Assembly (NCBI GenBank): GCA_048128005.1 | Contig: JBEUKZ010000131.1 | Span: 124,001-188,000 of the forward strand | Direction: 5' to 3' | From: Veleropilina oligotropha | Lineage: Eukaryota | DNA: 64,000 nucleotides | Shown here: positions 37,491-50,220 of the stretch, piece by piece | Layout of the letters: each line of letters opens with the position of its first letter | Numbering within the stretch: the stretch's first letter is position 1 | Notes under the pieces: generated by a model | Databases searched by the model: none | Told to the model about the DNA's origin: nothing | Seen by the model: the letters and a program-made list of their open reading frames with translations, nothing else | Translations under genes and position numbers: made by a program

Positions 37491-37665
37491 ATTTCAACAT
37501 TATTTCATAATTCAAAGCATGTTTGGTATGAACATTGTATTAAAGTATTAAATTATTTAGAGAAATATTTTTTTAAATATGATTTGATTCGAATTTGTAT
37601 TTTATCATTAAATATATAGAGTCATTTTGTAATCCTTCTATATATTTTCACCGTCGTCCTTTCAG

Positions 37666-37846
37666 CCATGTGCAGCTGGAGACCAAGGTCATTGAGGAGC
37701 CGGAGGTTCGAGCCCCACCTGTTATCGACCTCAAGATCGAGCCCGTCGAAACCGAGGAGGGAGAACCGGCCAAGTTCATGGTCAAGGTCAGCGGGTTCCC
37801 ACGACCCCGGGTCACCTGGTGGGTCAATGGAAGCTTCATCGTCAGT
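37666..37846 (+). CDS. TTN: Exon: first half of Ig9-like domain
   Basis: ttcag|...AGT|gtaagt; EGEPAKFMVKVSGFPRPRVTWWVNG. Confidence 0.92.
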
Positions 37847-38297
37847 GTAAGTAGCCTTCTCCAATTGCAGTAATTGTTAAAAGTTTTCTTCAATTGTAAG
37901 TCAATTATTTTTTATGTAAAATGAAAGTTGACAGACCTTCATCACTTTGAAGATGTCTCTCTGGATCGCTAGCTGTTGTAAACTTGTGATTCCTGTCAAG
38001 ATTACATCAGACTCTTCCATTAAAATTTATTCATTGGAAGTTACTAAATTTGAAAAGGTTTGTTTGCCAAAATAACATACTGTTATTCATTTTAAATTTA
38101 GCACTACCAGTTTAAAATTGTTCTTCATATATTTCTCAATTAAGCAAAATATCATAGCTATATATGAAATTTTTGTGTCTCTGGTCTTGATTAAACGTGG
38201 ATACCAAGTTGAAATGTGTAATTGTATGGCCAACTTAACATAACTATATAGAATTTAAACTGACATATTATAAGCCTTTATTTGAATTTTTCTACAG

Positions 38298-38484
38298 GGT
38301 TCCCGTTTCAAAGTGTCTTATGATGGGATGATCCACTACATGGAAATCCCCCGCGTTCGTGAATACGATGCTGGACAGATCCGTGTTGTCGCCAGGAACT
38401 CTCTCGGCGAGGCCGAATGCAGCACATCTCTGGCTGTTAATCCAAGAGATGATTGGCGCTCGCACCTGCGACAAGCACCAAAAG
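38298..38484 (+). CDS. TTN: Exon: second half of Ig9-like domain
   Basis: tacag|...AAAG|gtgagg; RFKVSYDGMIHYMEI...RDDWRSHLRQAP. Confidence 0.92.
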
Positions 38485-38848
38485 GTGAGGTGCTTGGAAC
38501 TAGGTGTCAACTTCAGTGATTTAATGTACATGATCTTTAATCAATTAATGCTGGTAAACATGTTTCTCGATGCTTATGTCTATTTGAATGGCTCTGTCAG
38601 CAGTCAACAACATCAACCGATAAGAAACAAATGTCAAGTACATTCAAGCGTGATCTTTCAAAGAAGAACACAATGATTAAACTGCAAAGCTTGCATACTT
38701 TGATAGTTTTTAATTTGTGTTCTTATTGTAGCTGGTGGTTTTCAAGACATTGCATTATCATATTTTCTTAGTGGATACTAAGGCGATACGTATCACACAA
38801 GTGATGTGCATATTTTAAACCGATGATAGAGGTTGGTTTCTGTTGCAG

Positions 38849-38965
38849 GAGATTTGGAAATTGAACTTGAGAGACGCAAGAAAATACAACTACGCAGTGT
38901 GGAACTGGAAAGAGCTTTCAGGAAACCCAAAGCCACAGAGTTTGAAATTCGTCAATTGGAAAGAG
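38849..38965 (+). CDS. TTN: Exon: charged linker
   Basis: tgcag|...AGAG|gtaacg; phase 1-1. Confidence 0.85.
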
Positions 38966-39129
38966 GTAACGAGTTCCTGTTGATGAATACTTTTGTTGAT
39001 GCATAAGTATTAAATGATGCTGTATATAATTGAGTGAAGGTTTATTTGTTTTTGCTACATGGACTAAAGCAGCTTATATATTTACTCACATGACATTTTG
39101 TGCTCTATTGATGTTTTGTGTCCCTTCAG

Positions 39130-39439
39130 CAACTGAGACTCGTGCCAAGGCAGTCCAGGACACTGAGGTTGTGGACGCGCAACACGAATACACGGCTGTT
39201 CACACACAACTGCGTCACTCCGAGCCGTCTGCCGATCTGCTAACGGCAGACCGAGATATCGTCATCGACTCACAGCTTCACGTCGAGCGAGCCCGGGAGT
39301 TACAACTGCAGGAAGTACAAAAGAAACCCGATAATCAACAGCAAATCTCGGAGGCCCAGATCGCTCTGCAGAAAAGGGAGGCCCCCGTATTCATCAAACC
39401 CATCCGACCGTCGAGGGTGTCAGAGGGCAAACCACTAAC
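39130..39439 (+). CDS. TTN: Exon: linker + start of Ig domain
   Basis: ttcag|...AC|gtacgt. Confidence 0.88.
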
Positions 39440-39741
39440 GTACGTTCATCTTGCACACTAATGAGTGACGTAATGCTAGAATCTTGCATTACTTTCTTTT
39501 ATGATACACATACAAGGCATTCATTTACTGAATTTGTAGTCTTTAATTAATTAATCGTCAAGTCTGTGTATGCATGTCATTAGATTTAATAAGTAACCGT
39601 AACAGCTTGGTTTAAGATTCAATGCAGAGATTGATATTGGTGATATTCAAATAAATTTCAAATGTTGAAGAATTTCAAGTATGGTTTTCTTGTATTTTAA
39701 AGACTTAATAATTTACTCAATCGATATGCTACAAATTTCAG

Positions 39742-39829
39742 AATCCGAGTGGAATTCAAAGGCCAGCCAGCTCCTATCATCTCTTGGTATCGAGACAGCT
39801 TTGAGATCCACCCTTCACGTGACTTTCAG
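39742..39829 (+). CDS. TTN: Exon: middle of Ig domain
   Basis: ttcag|...CAG|gtaagc; IRVEFKGQPAPIISWYRD. Confidence 0.9.
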
Positions 39830-39841
39830 GTAAGCTTTAAT

Positions 39842-40756
39842 TTTTTAGTTATCCCCCGCGAATTTTTTTTTTTAAATGCAGACCGTCCTTCCGTCCGTGC
39901 AAATTATCTTTTCTAGAGCATATCTCATACACCGCTCGACATAACTTTTCGAAACTTCCTGGGTGTATTAAGTACTCGGTGAACTGGTGCCTTTTGCTGC
40001 TTTCGACGTCGTGTCGCTATTATTAACAGAGTTATTTCCCTTGTACTAAATTCGTTAATGTTATCTTTTCCGGAGCGTATATAATACACCGCTTGACATA
40101 ACTTTACGAAACTTGCTGGATGTATTCAGTAGTCGGTGAACTGGTGCCTTTTGCTAGTTTCGACGTTGTGCGGCGATCATTAACAGAGTTATGTCCCTTG
40201 TTCTAAATTCGTTAAAATGTTATCTTTTCCGGAGCATAGCTCATACACCGCTCGACATAACTGTACAAAACTTTCTGGACATATTAAGTAGTCAATGAAC
40301 TGGTGACTTTTGCTAGTTTTGACGTTGTGTGGTGATTATAAACAGAGTTATTGCCCTTGTTGTTAATTTGTTACTGTTCTGTCCGAAGCGTATCTCATAA
40401 ACTGCTTGGCATTACTTTATGCAATTTGGTGGGCGTATTAAGCAGTTGTTGAACTGGTGCCTTTCGTTAATTTCGACATACGTCAAATATTCACAGAGTT
40501 ATTGCCCTTGCTTTAATTTTGCTATTCCCGAATATATCTCATACAGTGCTTGACTTATCATTACGAAACTTGGTAGGTGTATTCAGTAGTTGGTTATTTA
40601 GTGCCTTTTCATAGTTTTAACGTGGCGTCATGATTAATGACAGAGTTATTTCCCTTGTTATTATTTAAATCAACGTTATTGTTTCAAGAACATACAGCAT
40701 ATAGTAATTATTGTGAACGTACCATTGCGGGGGTTATTGATGGCTTTGTCTTGTTA
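39842..40756 (+). mobile_element. Helentron-type element with ~120-bp tandem core (~6 copies)
   Basis: ttatcccccgc/gcgggggtta inverted repeat, (CCGT)n, tandem core, CTTGTT end. Confidence 0.7.
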
Positions 40757-40994
40757 AATTATATTTTTGTGTAGGGATGACATATAATTTCAGATGACAA
40801 AACTGTATTTTAAAATTTAATGAGGATATTAATTAGCACAATATTTGATAAGAGAAAAACACAATTGTCTTATTCCAGCACACTTACAGCTTCAGTTTGT
40901 AGTAAACTACAAATTGTGCTTATGATTTGAATGCCTTCTAAAATGATAATGGAGACCATATCATAATAATAATTATCCAGCGTTATTTTTACAG

Positions 40995-41124
40995 CTAACA
41001 ACAACGTCGACATCGAGCACTCTTCGCATACCAGAAGTCTTCCCAGAAGACACTGGGATGTTCATGGTCAAGGCTTACAACCAGTACGGCATGGTCCAAT
41101 GCAAGGCTAAGGTCACAGTAATCG
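40995..41124 (+). CDS. TTN: Exon: end of Ig domain
   Basis: tacag|...ATCG|gtatgt; FPEDTGMFMVKAYNQYG. Confidence 0.9.
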
Positions 41125-42530
41125 GTATGTACTCAGTCAGGCTTACAACCAGTACAGCGTGGTCCAATGCAAGGCTAAGGTCACAGTAATCGGTATGTAC
41201 TCGGTCAGGGTTACAACCAGTACAGCGTGGTCCAATGCAAGGCTAATGTCTCAATAATCGGTATGTACTCGGTCAGGGTTACAACCAGTACAGCATGGTC
41301 CAATGCAAGGCTAAGGTCACAGTAATCGGTATGTACTCGGTCAGGGTTACAACCAGTACAGCGTGGTCCAATGCAAGGCTAAGGTCACAGTAATCGGTAT
41401 GTACTCGGTCACGGTTACAACCAGTACAGCGTGGTCCAATGCAAGGCCAAGGTCACAGTAATCGGTATGTACTCGGTCAGGGTTACAACCAGTACAGCGT
41501 GGTCCAATGCAAGGCTAAGGTCACAGTAATCGGTATGTACCGGTCAGGGTTACAACAAGTACAGCGTGGTCCAATGCAAGGCCAAGGTCACAGTAATCGG
41601 TATGTACTCGGTCAGGGTTACAACCAGTACAGCGTGGTCCAATGCAAGGCCAAGGTCACAGTAATCGGTATGTACTCGGTCAGGGTTACAACCAGTACAG
41701 CGTGGTCCAATGCAAGGCCAAGGTCACAGTAATCGTTATGTACTCGGTCAGGGTTACAACCAGTACAGTGTGGTCCAATGCAAGGCTAAGGTCACAGTAA
41801 TCGGTATGTACTCAGTCACGGTTACAACCAGTACAGCGTGGTCCAATGCAAGGCCAAGGTCACAGTAATCAGTATGTACTCGGTCAGGCTTACAACCAGT
41901 ACAGCGTGGTCCAATGCAAGGGCAAGGTCAGTAATCGGTATGTGCTCAGTCAATGCGTACAAACAGTACAGCATGGTACAATGTTACAGTAATCGGTATG
42001 TACTCAGTCAGGGCTTACAAACAGTACAGCGTGGTTCAATGCAAGGCCAAGGTCACAGTAATCGGTATGTACTCGGTCAGGGTTACAACAAGTACAGCGT
42101 GGTCCAATGCAAGGCCAAGGTCACAGTAATCGGTATGTACTCGGTCAGGGTTACAACAAGTACAGCGTGGTCCAATGCAAGGCCAAGGTCAGTAATCGGT
42201 ATGTACTCAGTCAATGCGTACAAACAGTACAGCATGGTACAATGTTACAGTAATCGGTATGTACTCAGTCAGGGCGTACAAACAGTACAGCATGGTACAA
42301 TGTCACAGTAATCGGTATGTACTCAGTCGGGCTTACAACCAGTACAGCGTGGTCCAATACAAGGCCAAGGTCACAGTAATCGGTATGTACTCAGTCAGGC
42401 TTACAACCAGTACTGCGTGGTCCAATGCAAGGCCAAGGTCACAGTAATCGGTATGTACTTGTTCAGGGCGTACAAACAGTACAGCGTGGTTCAATGCAAG
42501 GCCAAGGTCACAGTAATCTGTATGTACTCG
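41072..42530. repeat. 68-bp minisatellite (~21 copies) derived from exon end plus splice donor
   Basis: ATCG|gtatgt donor at 41124 recurs at 41192 and onward. Confidence 0.95.
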
Positions 42531-42754
42531 CTGTGATAACATTTTGTGGGTAAAGTTCTGGATTGCCCATTTTGAAACATATTTTTCTTTTGGTTTGTAT
42601 CAGTAAAATTAGAAAATAGTAAGATACCATAAATAGTTCTTTTGGTCGAATGTGTTTTCGATCTGTTGATATTTGATGTATTGTAGTCGATACATACAGT
42701 TAGTAAATAGATATACTCTTCATTCATGAGATCAATTTTATTTTGTTGTTTTAG

Positions 42755-42891
42755 AAGAGGAAGAACAAGAAAAGGATGTGCCTCCTGAATTCCGTAACCT
42801 GATTCGTGACAGCGAAGTAACGAAGGGAGAACCAGTGACACTGGACTGCCTGGTAACCGGACGACCTCAACCAAACGTCCACTGGCAAAAG
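42755..42891 (+). CDS. TTN: Exon: first half of Ig domain
   Basis: tttag|...AAG|gtgaat; PPEFRNLIRDSEVTKGEPVTLDCLV. Confidence 0.9.
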
Positions 42892-43403
42892 GTGAATGCT
42901 TTGTGTGGTTGAATTATTCCCCGGTATATCTACTATGTGCATCCGTCATTTATTGACGTTTTGTGCACAATACTAGTGTACTACTATATATATAAAAAAC
43001 ATTGAATTCAGTGTCAGGTGTTAAAAGTGAATAAATGGGTGTTCATTTAGGATCATAATGTATAAGGTATTGAAATTGTTTATTTATTTATTAATAAAAT
43101 AATTTTATATCCATTTTTGTTCATTTTAAAAATAAATTATGCGCATCTGATGAAATTTGTAAATTAGAATTCATATATAAGGAAGGAGAGAGTCAATATT
43201 TGTAGTGGCACAATATTGTTTGTCCTAGAAATACAGATATTGGTACCTTACGCTCTAGTTCTTGGCTTGTCCAGATGTCCATTTACATTGTTGCTACAAC
43301 CCAAGACAGCAAAAAATGTTATGATGCTTGATCTTTTGTTTTAGTTGGGGTATACATTGATGGTTTAAAATAATATAATTTTATTAAAATTATTTATTTT
43401 CAG

Positions 43404-43569
43404 GATGGTAAGCCGATGCCGTCTGGACCGCGTTGGAAGTTCATTCAAGAGGAATGTAACTACACCCTCCTCATCTATGAAGCCACTCCTGCCGACCAAG
43501 GACAATACGACTGTGTCGCCATCAACAATGTCGGGAAAGCCACCTGCACAGCCAAGCTCACCATCAACG
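43404..43569 (+). CDS. TTN: Exon: second half of Ig domain
   Basis: ttcag|...AACG|gtaaat; DQGQYDCVAIN. Confidence 0.9.
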
Positions 43570-44048
43570 GTAAATCTCTACGCCTATGTTATATTAAATA
43601 TGTAAATCACAGCTGTATAGTGTCCGAATGGTAACAAGTATTCTAAACTCTTATAATAGGAATGGAGTCTTGGATGTCTTCTTGCCAATCAAGGTGGATA
43701 AGCTCTATCAACATGTCTAAGTGAAGGGGTTGTCACAACCTAAACCAGCTTCATATGGGCATTCAAGGCCTTGAAAGAAATTCACTTATTTTCACCATTG
43801 TCTTGATTAATAAACATTTAGTATTCGGTGGTAAAGTGGTTATCTGCCTGTGTGAAGTGTTACCAAACATCATTCTTCCAAATAACAGTTGGATGATATG
43901 AGAACCAATAATGTATCGATCTGCAATAACACTAATTAATAATCATCATAAGGTTTCGTAATGGGGTGGGTTCAACATATCCTTTGATCTGGGATTTCTT
44001 ATAAAATATACCACATTAGTAACAGTCAGATGATGTTATTCGTTACAG

Positions 44049-44207
44049 AGCCCCAGGCCGATCGCATGGCATCCCACGCCCAGCTGCAACTGATCAAGAA
44101 GGCCGCCACTCGCATGGTGGCGCCAGTAGTCACATCGCATCCTCAAGACCGCGAGGTGGAGGAGAGCGAGCCGGTCACATTCACCTGCCAGATATCTGGA
44201 GAACCAG
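44049..44207 (+). CDS. TTN: Exon: linker + start of Ig domain
   Basis: tacag|...CCAG|gtagaa. Confidence 0.9.
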
Positions 44208-44398
44208 GTAGAAATAAAAACGATGCTTTCGTAATCATAGCATTTTAATAATGTATTCTTTGTAATTTGATAGAAAATTTGGTTGAAAAACTTGCTGTCC
44301 ACTGATAGGGTAAATATATTTAACTGAAATTGCTTTTAATTTCATGTCATTATTTTTTAATAATGATATTATTATATATTGTGTACCTTTATTTTTAG

Positions 44399-44590
44399 CC
44401 CCAATGGTGACATGGTATTGCAACAATCAACCAGTAAAACCGTCCAAATATTTCAAAATGGATTCTAATAAAGATGGCGTCCACACGCTGACAATATCTG
44501 AAGCCTTCCCAGAAGACACTGGGTTCTACAGATGCACCGCTCGAAACAAGGAGGGGGAGGTCTCCTGCAGTGCCTTCCTGAAAGTTCACG
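44399..44590 (+). CDS. TTN: Exon: second half of Ig domain
   Basis: tttag|...CACG|gtaggt; FPEDTGFYRCTARN. Confidence 0.92.
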
Positions 44591-44852
44591 GTAGGTTCTC
44601 CCTACACACTGTTCTAAATACTGCATATTACGGGCATATTAAATTATATTTGGCTAATCATATCTGGATTTGGGTAGATTTGGGTAAATGGTGCGACCAT
44701 CTGTATTTTGCTCATTACAAGACAATTGCACTGAGTCTCCCAACCAATATCATGATGGATAATTTCAAATATTGATTGAAATGCAAGATTATACTGGTTT
44801 CATAGATGACATGTCAAAGGACATTATGACGCAAGTACTTTGCCTGTTGCAG

Positions 44853-45046
44853 GTTCTGAGAGTGAGGCCGAGCCGGTCCACACAGACAAGCCGGCCCAGC
44901 CTCCGTGCTTCATCTCACCTATACTCAACACAACCGTCGTCGAGGGACAGCCCGCCCGATTCGAGGCAGTGTTCATCGGCCAACCAGAACCGGAGATCAA
45001 ATGGCTGAGAGACAATACGATCATTGAGGATACTCGTGACTTCAAG
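44853..45046 (+). CDS. TTN: Exon: first half of Ig domain
   Basis: tgcag|...AAG|gtatgc. Confidence 0.9.
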
Positions 45047-45652
45047 GTATGCTAATGTCTCTGATTTGCAAATGGGTGGGATGAGATTCTGTACATGTTG
45101 TCTATGAGGTTATTTACTCGTGTAATTATAGATAACATCGGACAGCGCAGTGTATGATTTCAGCATTAGTTGAAGGATTCGATCGTTTGTTCATATGAAA
45201 TATATTTAGAAGCTCATAAGATTGGTACAATGGTTTTGCGTGGATTTGCTCCGTGGACTATATATGCACACTGTGTTTTACGATTGTCCTGCACACAGTG
45301 GCACCATGGGCCGAGTGGTTTATAGTAGTATTGAATCTTCGGTTCAACATTTTGTAGAATTTAGTCGCAGTGGTCAGTATGGGCAGATGGGTTGACCGAA
45401 CTTTGCTCCTGCGATAACATGGACATGGGACATTAGCATCGATCTAAGCCATCACTCGGTGTCATACAATCGTCCACGCTATCAGTGTTTTTAATGCTTT
45501 TCCCCCCTTGCTCACATTGAATGAATTAAGTCGCATTTAGTGTCCATTTGAAAATTCCATCAAACCATTTATTGTATTGTCTTTCGTCTGGACAGATAAG
45601 CATGACATTATTCGTTGGTAAATGATTACTTTTTTGTTTTCAATTTATCCAG

Positions 45653-45782
45653 ATTGAGCGAGATGGCAACAAGACTGTTCTGACGATCCGTGAAGCCTTC
45701 CCAGAAGACACTGCACTGATTACGTGCCGAGCCAAGAACCGCGCTGGGGTCGCGGAGTGCACTGCTGAGCTCACCGTGCGAG
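45653..45782 (+). CDS. TTN: Exon: second half of Ig domain
   Basis: tccag|...CGAG|gtatgg; FPEDTALITCRAKN. Confidence 0.9.
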
Positions 45783-46714
45783 GTATGGTAGATTACTACG
45801 AAGAAACAAAAAGCGAAAAAAGCAGCGCTTGGCTCGAAGACGAACAACTGCTAGATATTAGTTTGCATGAGTCGCGCAAGCCCCCTCCCGTGCATGTGTC
45901 CGAGACCAGCCTCCAACTCTCACCCACCACCGATCAAACACCTGACACACCGATAGCATTCCGTCGCTTGACTTCTGTTGACCTAGAATTGTCTGCACAA
46001 GTTGAACAGCAAGTGTATGGAGGTGAGAAACCGTTCAGGCTATCGTTATGTGACGACGAATCAGATAATACCCTTTCATTATTTGATAGCAGCTACCGCA
46101 TATCCCCAATAATGTCTAAGAAACACTCAAAACATGGTCGGAATTGGGACAACCAGGCTATGAGAAAGTTAAGTCAAAGTGACACGTTTTCCGGTACGGA
46201 TAGTAGTTATCAGGCCACAGTTCCGAGTCCAGCCCCGTCTCCGACTCTGTCGGAAATCTTGCACTCCGAGGCTAATCAACGTTACATTGTCTCTGACAGT
46301 TCACCGCCCACTGAAGTCGAGCACAAAATCATTGTGCGTCGGTCCCCGGCTGACCTAGGTCACCTTGAGGATAAGTTTAATGACATCCTCCAACTGCCTC
46401 CAGGTCGAGACTCAGCTGTAGACAACACTGACAGCATGTCTGAAGCTTCCATTGAGCTGGCGTTCGTACAGCTGCATCAGCCATTGTCCCCCGGATACCT
46501 GGCCGAGACGGACGCCATGTTTCAGAACATGCTCTGTTTGTCCCCGCTATCGTCGGTCCATAGAGACTCCTCCGTTCCCCCATCCCCTCTGTTATCCGGT
46601 GACATCACGCCTACACATTTTACTGACGATGAGCAAGTTGGATTCCTTTCGTCTCCATCTTATAACAGAGCCGAGACTAAACCTGGCCCCTCTTCCAGGT
46701 TTTTTAAGTACTAA
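45783..46714 (+). CDS. TTN: Probable alternative terminal extension (310-aa Ser/Pro-rich C-terminus)
   Basis: In-frame open read-through past the donor, coding-like GC content, TAA at 46712, AATAAA at 46726 and 46734. Confidence 0.7.
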
Positions 46715-49166
46715 ATTCAGTGCTAAATAAATTAATAAAATTTATAGAAGTAACTTTTAATTTTAGAATCTCTTAATTTCCTAAAAACAGATTTAATTTT
46801 GTATATATTTTCAATAATTTTTTTAATTTTGTATAAATATAACAAGCATTAAGATTTTTTTATAATTATACTTTGTTACATTTTACTATTGCCTCAATAA
46901 TTAAATTACTTTATTTTATTATGTGTAGTAGTTAAACTGAATTGAGTGCATTTATATTTTTTGTGTTGGTTACAGTCACTGTTTACGCTCACATGTTGCT
47001 GATTTGCTCAATTTGTGTCACACAGTGATCTTTTTCTGGTGCTAATTAATATAATCAATTTTAATATAATAATCAGGGTTATTTAGTGCTAAAGATGCAT
47101 AAATGTGTCAAAGAAGAATAAATATCTTTTATATTCATCTTTAAATTAAATGAAAGAGTCTGATAAAAGAGGGAGATTATTGTAAATTGCATAAGGTTTT
47201 CAGGCAATTGTTTTCAGTTGTACATTGTTTCTTGTAGTATTATGTAGCTATACTGAATTAAAAGTGCTAGTTAATCATAACTGCCAATGAGAATAATAGA
47301 TAGAGGATCCATATTAAATCTTCCCATTAACAGCATTTAAATACGAAAATGTAACTTTGTTTGAAGATCAATCTAAACGTTTTAAATCATATGGACATTG
47401 AAATATTGTTTACCTATGTTATGTGAAAAGATGGATGGATGTCTTGCTTGGTTTGAATGTGATGACTAAGTTATCGACTGATGCCAAAGATTTAGTGTAG
47501 AAGACTCTGCTGGTCATATGTGTGTTTCGTTCTTTTTGTGCATGTGTCTGCAATGTGTGCGAAGTTGCAGGACTCAACGGTGTTCACCACTCGCTTGCCG
47601 TTATCACATTTTAACTCTCGACGGACTAGCAATTGACTGATGGACTAACACAAAATATATTGTTTGTTGTTGATTGTTTTTGATCACCTGACTGGCATGG
47701 TGTTCTATTGGTTTGTGTGTTGCATTTTGAAAGTTGTTTTAAAATCATAATAATTTTGTTATTTTGCTGATTTTGTTTATATACCATGAGTTAAGGATGT
47801 GCAAATTGTGTTATATTGTTTTATATGTTTAGAATATGTAGTCAATGTTTTATTTTGTATTTTTAAATTGAAACATTATCAAAAAATCAATCAGTATCTC
47901 GTATCCGCTGGACATATTCATTTCTGAGAACTGTGTTTCGAGTACTAGTACTGTATTTTAGAAATTAGCCATTGTTTTCTGTCTTTGTGTAAGTTTAAAA
48001 AGATGTACTTGTTAATGAAACAGTGTTATTGAAATTTATGCAAATTTGAATACTGATGTTTTACCAGTAATTTTGTAAGTGCTCAGATTTATTCATATTT
48101 TTTATCATGACATTTTGCCAATGAATCTTTCATATTCATTTTATAAATGAATCTTTGTACATAGATTTGTTGTTTATATTTGTATAATTTTGTGCAACCG
48201 AGTGTGTAATCTCCTAGTAAAATGTAACAATTATATCTTTGGGATAATTTGCATGTGATTCATCGTTGATTCGATTATAATGAAAGAGTATTAAATAGTT
48301 ATGTTGCATTCTAATGTCGACTAACAATGGCATGTATTTACCTGTAACCAAACAATGCCTGCTTCATATTCCATATTTGCTGCGAGTCTGTCTAGGGAAT
48401 GTATAAAAGTGTTTTAGCTAGACCCCAAGGTTCCTAACCAATCAGAATGCTACAGCGGGTTGCCATGGCGATAACTTGCATGCTGACTGTGATGCTCTCT
48501 AACCGGAATCCCTGAGTGAGTATTCTTTCTGCATATTATGTTCCCTCTTTTCTGATAACAGCTATCCTCCTTGGTGACCCCTATGTTCATGGTGGGGAGA
48601 CTGATTTTATGATTACATAATTTCATTATATTTAACACCATCATGAAAACATGTTTTATTTGGATTTTACGAAGATATTTTTGATTTATTAAGTGTGATT
48701 TGTATGTATCTCTTGTCCTGTGCTTCATGAACTAATGAGCGCTCATGTCATCACCATTTTGACATTATTCATTTCATGGTTTTGTATTTAAAGGAGCATA
48801 AGTTTTCAAAGTCACTGACCACGGATTCTGTTAAATATTCTTCATTTCACAAAGAAATTTCCTTTTATCGGAATAAATGCGACATAGCATATAGTGACAT
48901 TTTGCAAAATCAGTAGAAAACATAAGTAATTTTGGAAATTTTCAGGTTGTCAAGGAAAGTTGTATATTTGTGTCTAATCAAGTAGTATAATCCAAATTTA
49001 ACTTTTATTAAATTCTGAAATTCCATGTATTTTCACATTAATATTTGACTTTGGTGTTATTTTTTAAAATCACATTAATTCTCTAATAATGCAACAAAAT
49101 GGTGACAGGTGATTTATACAATTATGACTACGAGAGTTTTGCTTGATTTGGTATATTTATTCACAG

Positions 49167-49329
49167 AAGAGGAGGAGGTGAGACACCCAGTGACGGTCAT
49201 TAAATACCCGACAACTGAACCTCAGGTGCGCGAGTCTGAGGTCCATAAGATGACCATCGAGACGATTCCGCCCGAGTTTATCCGTCCTCTCAAACCATAC
49301 ATGGAAGTAACACCAGGAGAAACAGCAAG
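49167..49329 (+). CDS. TTN: Exon: linker + start of Ig domain
   Basis: cacag|...AG|gtacct; PPEFIRPL. Confidence 0.9.
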
Positions 49330-49699
49330 GTACCTACACTGGTTACCACATGCATCTCCTATCATATATGCATTACATTCTGATGTGGTAATCCCAGTAT
49401 TTCGTTCAATTTTAAGATTGTTTTGCACAAATTTGCTCCCATTTTGAGTTGAACCGTTACTTGGCAGGTAAACAGCAACCAACACAACAGAAATTTGTTA
49501 AGGATTAATAATGGATAAATGGGTGATGTCAGTGATGCTATCATCAAATTAATTATTAAACTACAAATATAAATCAAATTTAAACTTCACATTTCATAGT
49601 ATTTGCTGTCAATTGAATCTTTTCTAGTGTTACTGTCAATTCTGAACCTTGCATGACGCAAATTGTTGAGTGATAATAATTAACTCCTATGCATTTCAG

Positions 49700-49917
49700 A
49701 CTGGAGGCTGAGATCTCCGCCTACCCTGCACCCACCTATACTTGGTACGTCAACGGCATGAAGCTGCTGCCCTCTGAGAGACATCAGATCCTCCAGGACG
49801 GAAAGACTTTCGTGCTCGTAATCGTCGACATCAAAGAGGAGGACGCCGGCGAATATATCCTGAAGGTGGAGAACCCGCTCGGGGAGGTGACGTGTCGAAC
49901 AACCGTCAACATGACAG
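49700..49917 (+). CDS. TTN: Exon: Ig domain body
   Basis: ttcag|...ACAG|gtaagg; EDAGEYILKVENPLG. Confidence 0.92.
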
Positions 49918-50220
49918 GTAAGGACAGCAGTCAACATGACAGGTAGGGACAGCAGTCAACATGACAGGTAAGGACAGCAGTCAACATGACAGGTAAGAAC
50001 AACCATCAACATGACAGTCGATAACAACCGCCAACATGACAGGTGAGAACAACCGAAACACAACAGATAAGAACAACCGTCAACATGACAGATAAGAAGA
50101 ATGGAAACGCGACAGATAAGAACAACCGTCAACATGACAGGTGAGAACAACCGTCAACATGACAGGTGAGAAGATCCGTCAACATGACAGGTAAGGACAG
50201 CAGTCAACATGATGGGTAAG
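49903..50220. repeat. 25-bp minisatellite (~12 copies) derived from exon end plus splice donor
   Basis: gtcaacatgacag|gtaaggacagca repeated at 49905, 49930, 49955, 49980 and onward. Confidence 0.9.

Noticed and set aside
34585..37515. 976-aa minus-strand ORF (LPYNLHPLTLTI)n
   Set aside because: By-product of a 36-bp satellite lacking stops in one frame; no ATG context, and it lies antisense within an intron.
41439..42447. ORFs repeating YNQYSVVQCKAKVTVI as extra Ig exons
   Set aside because: The 68-bp period shifts frame, there are no acceptor sites, and stops are frequent.
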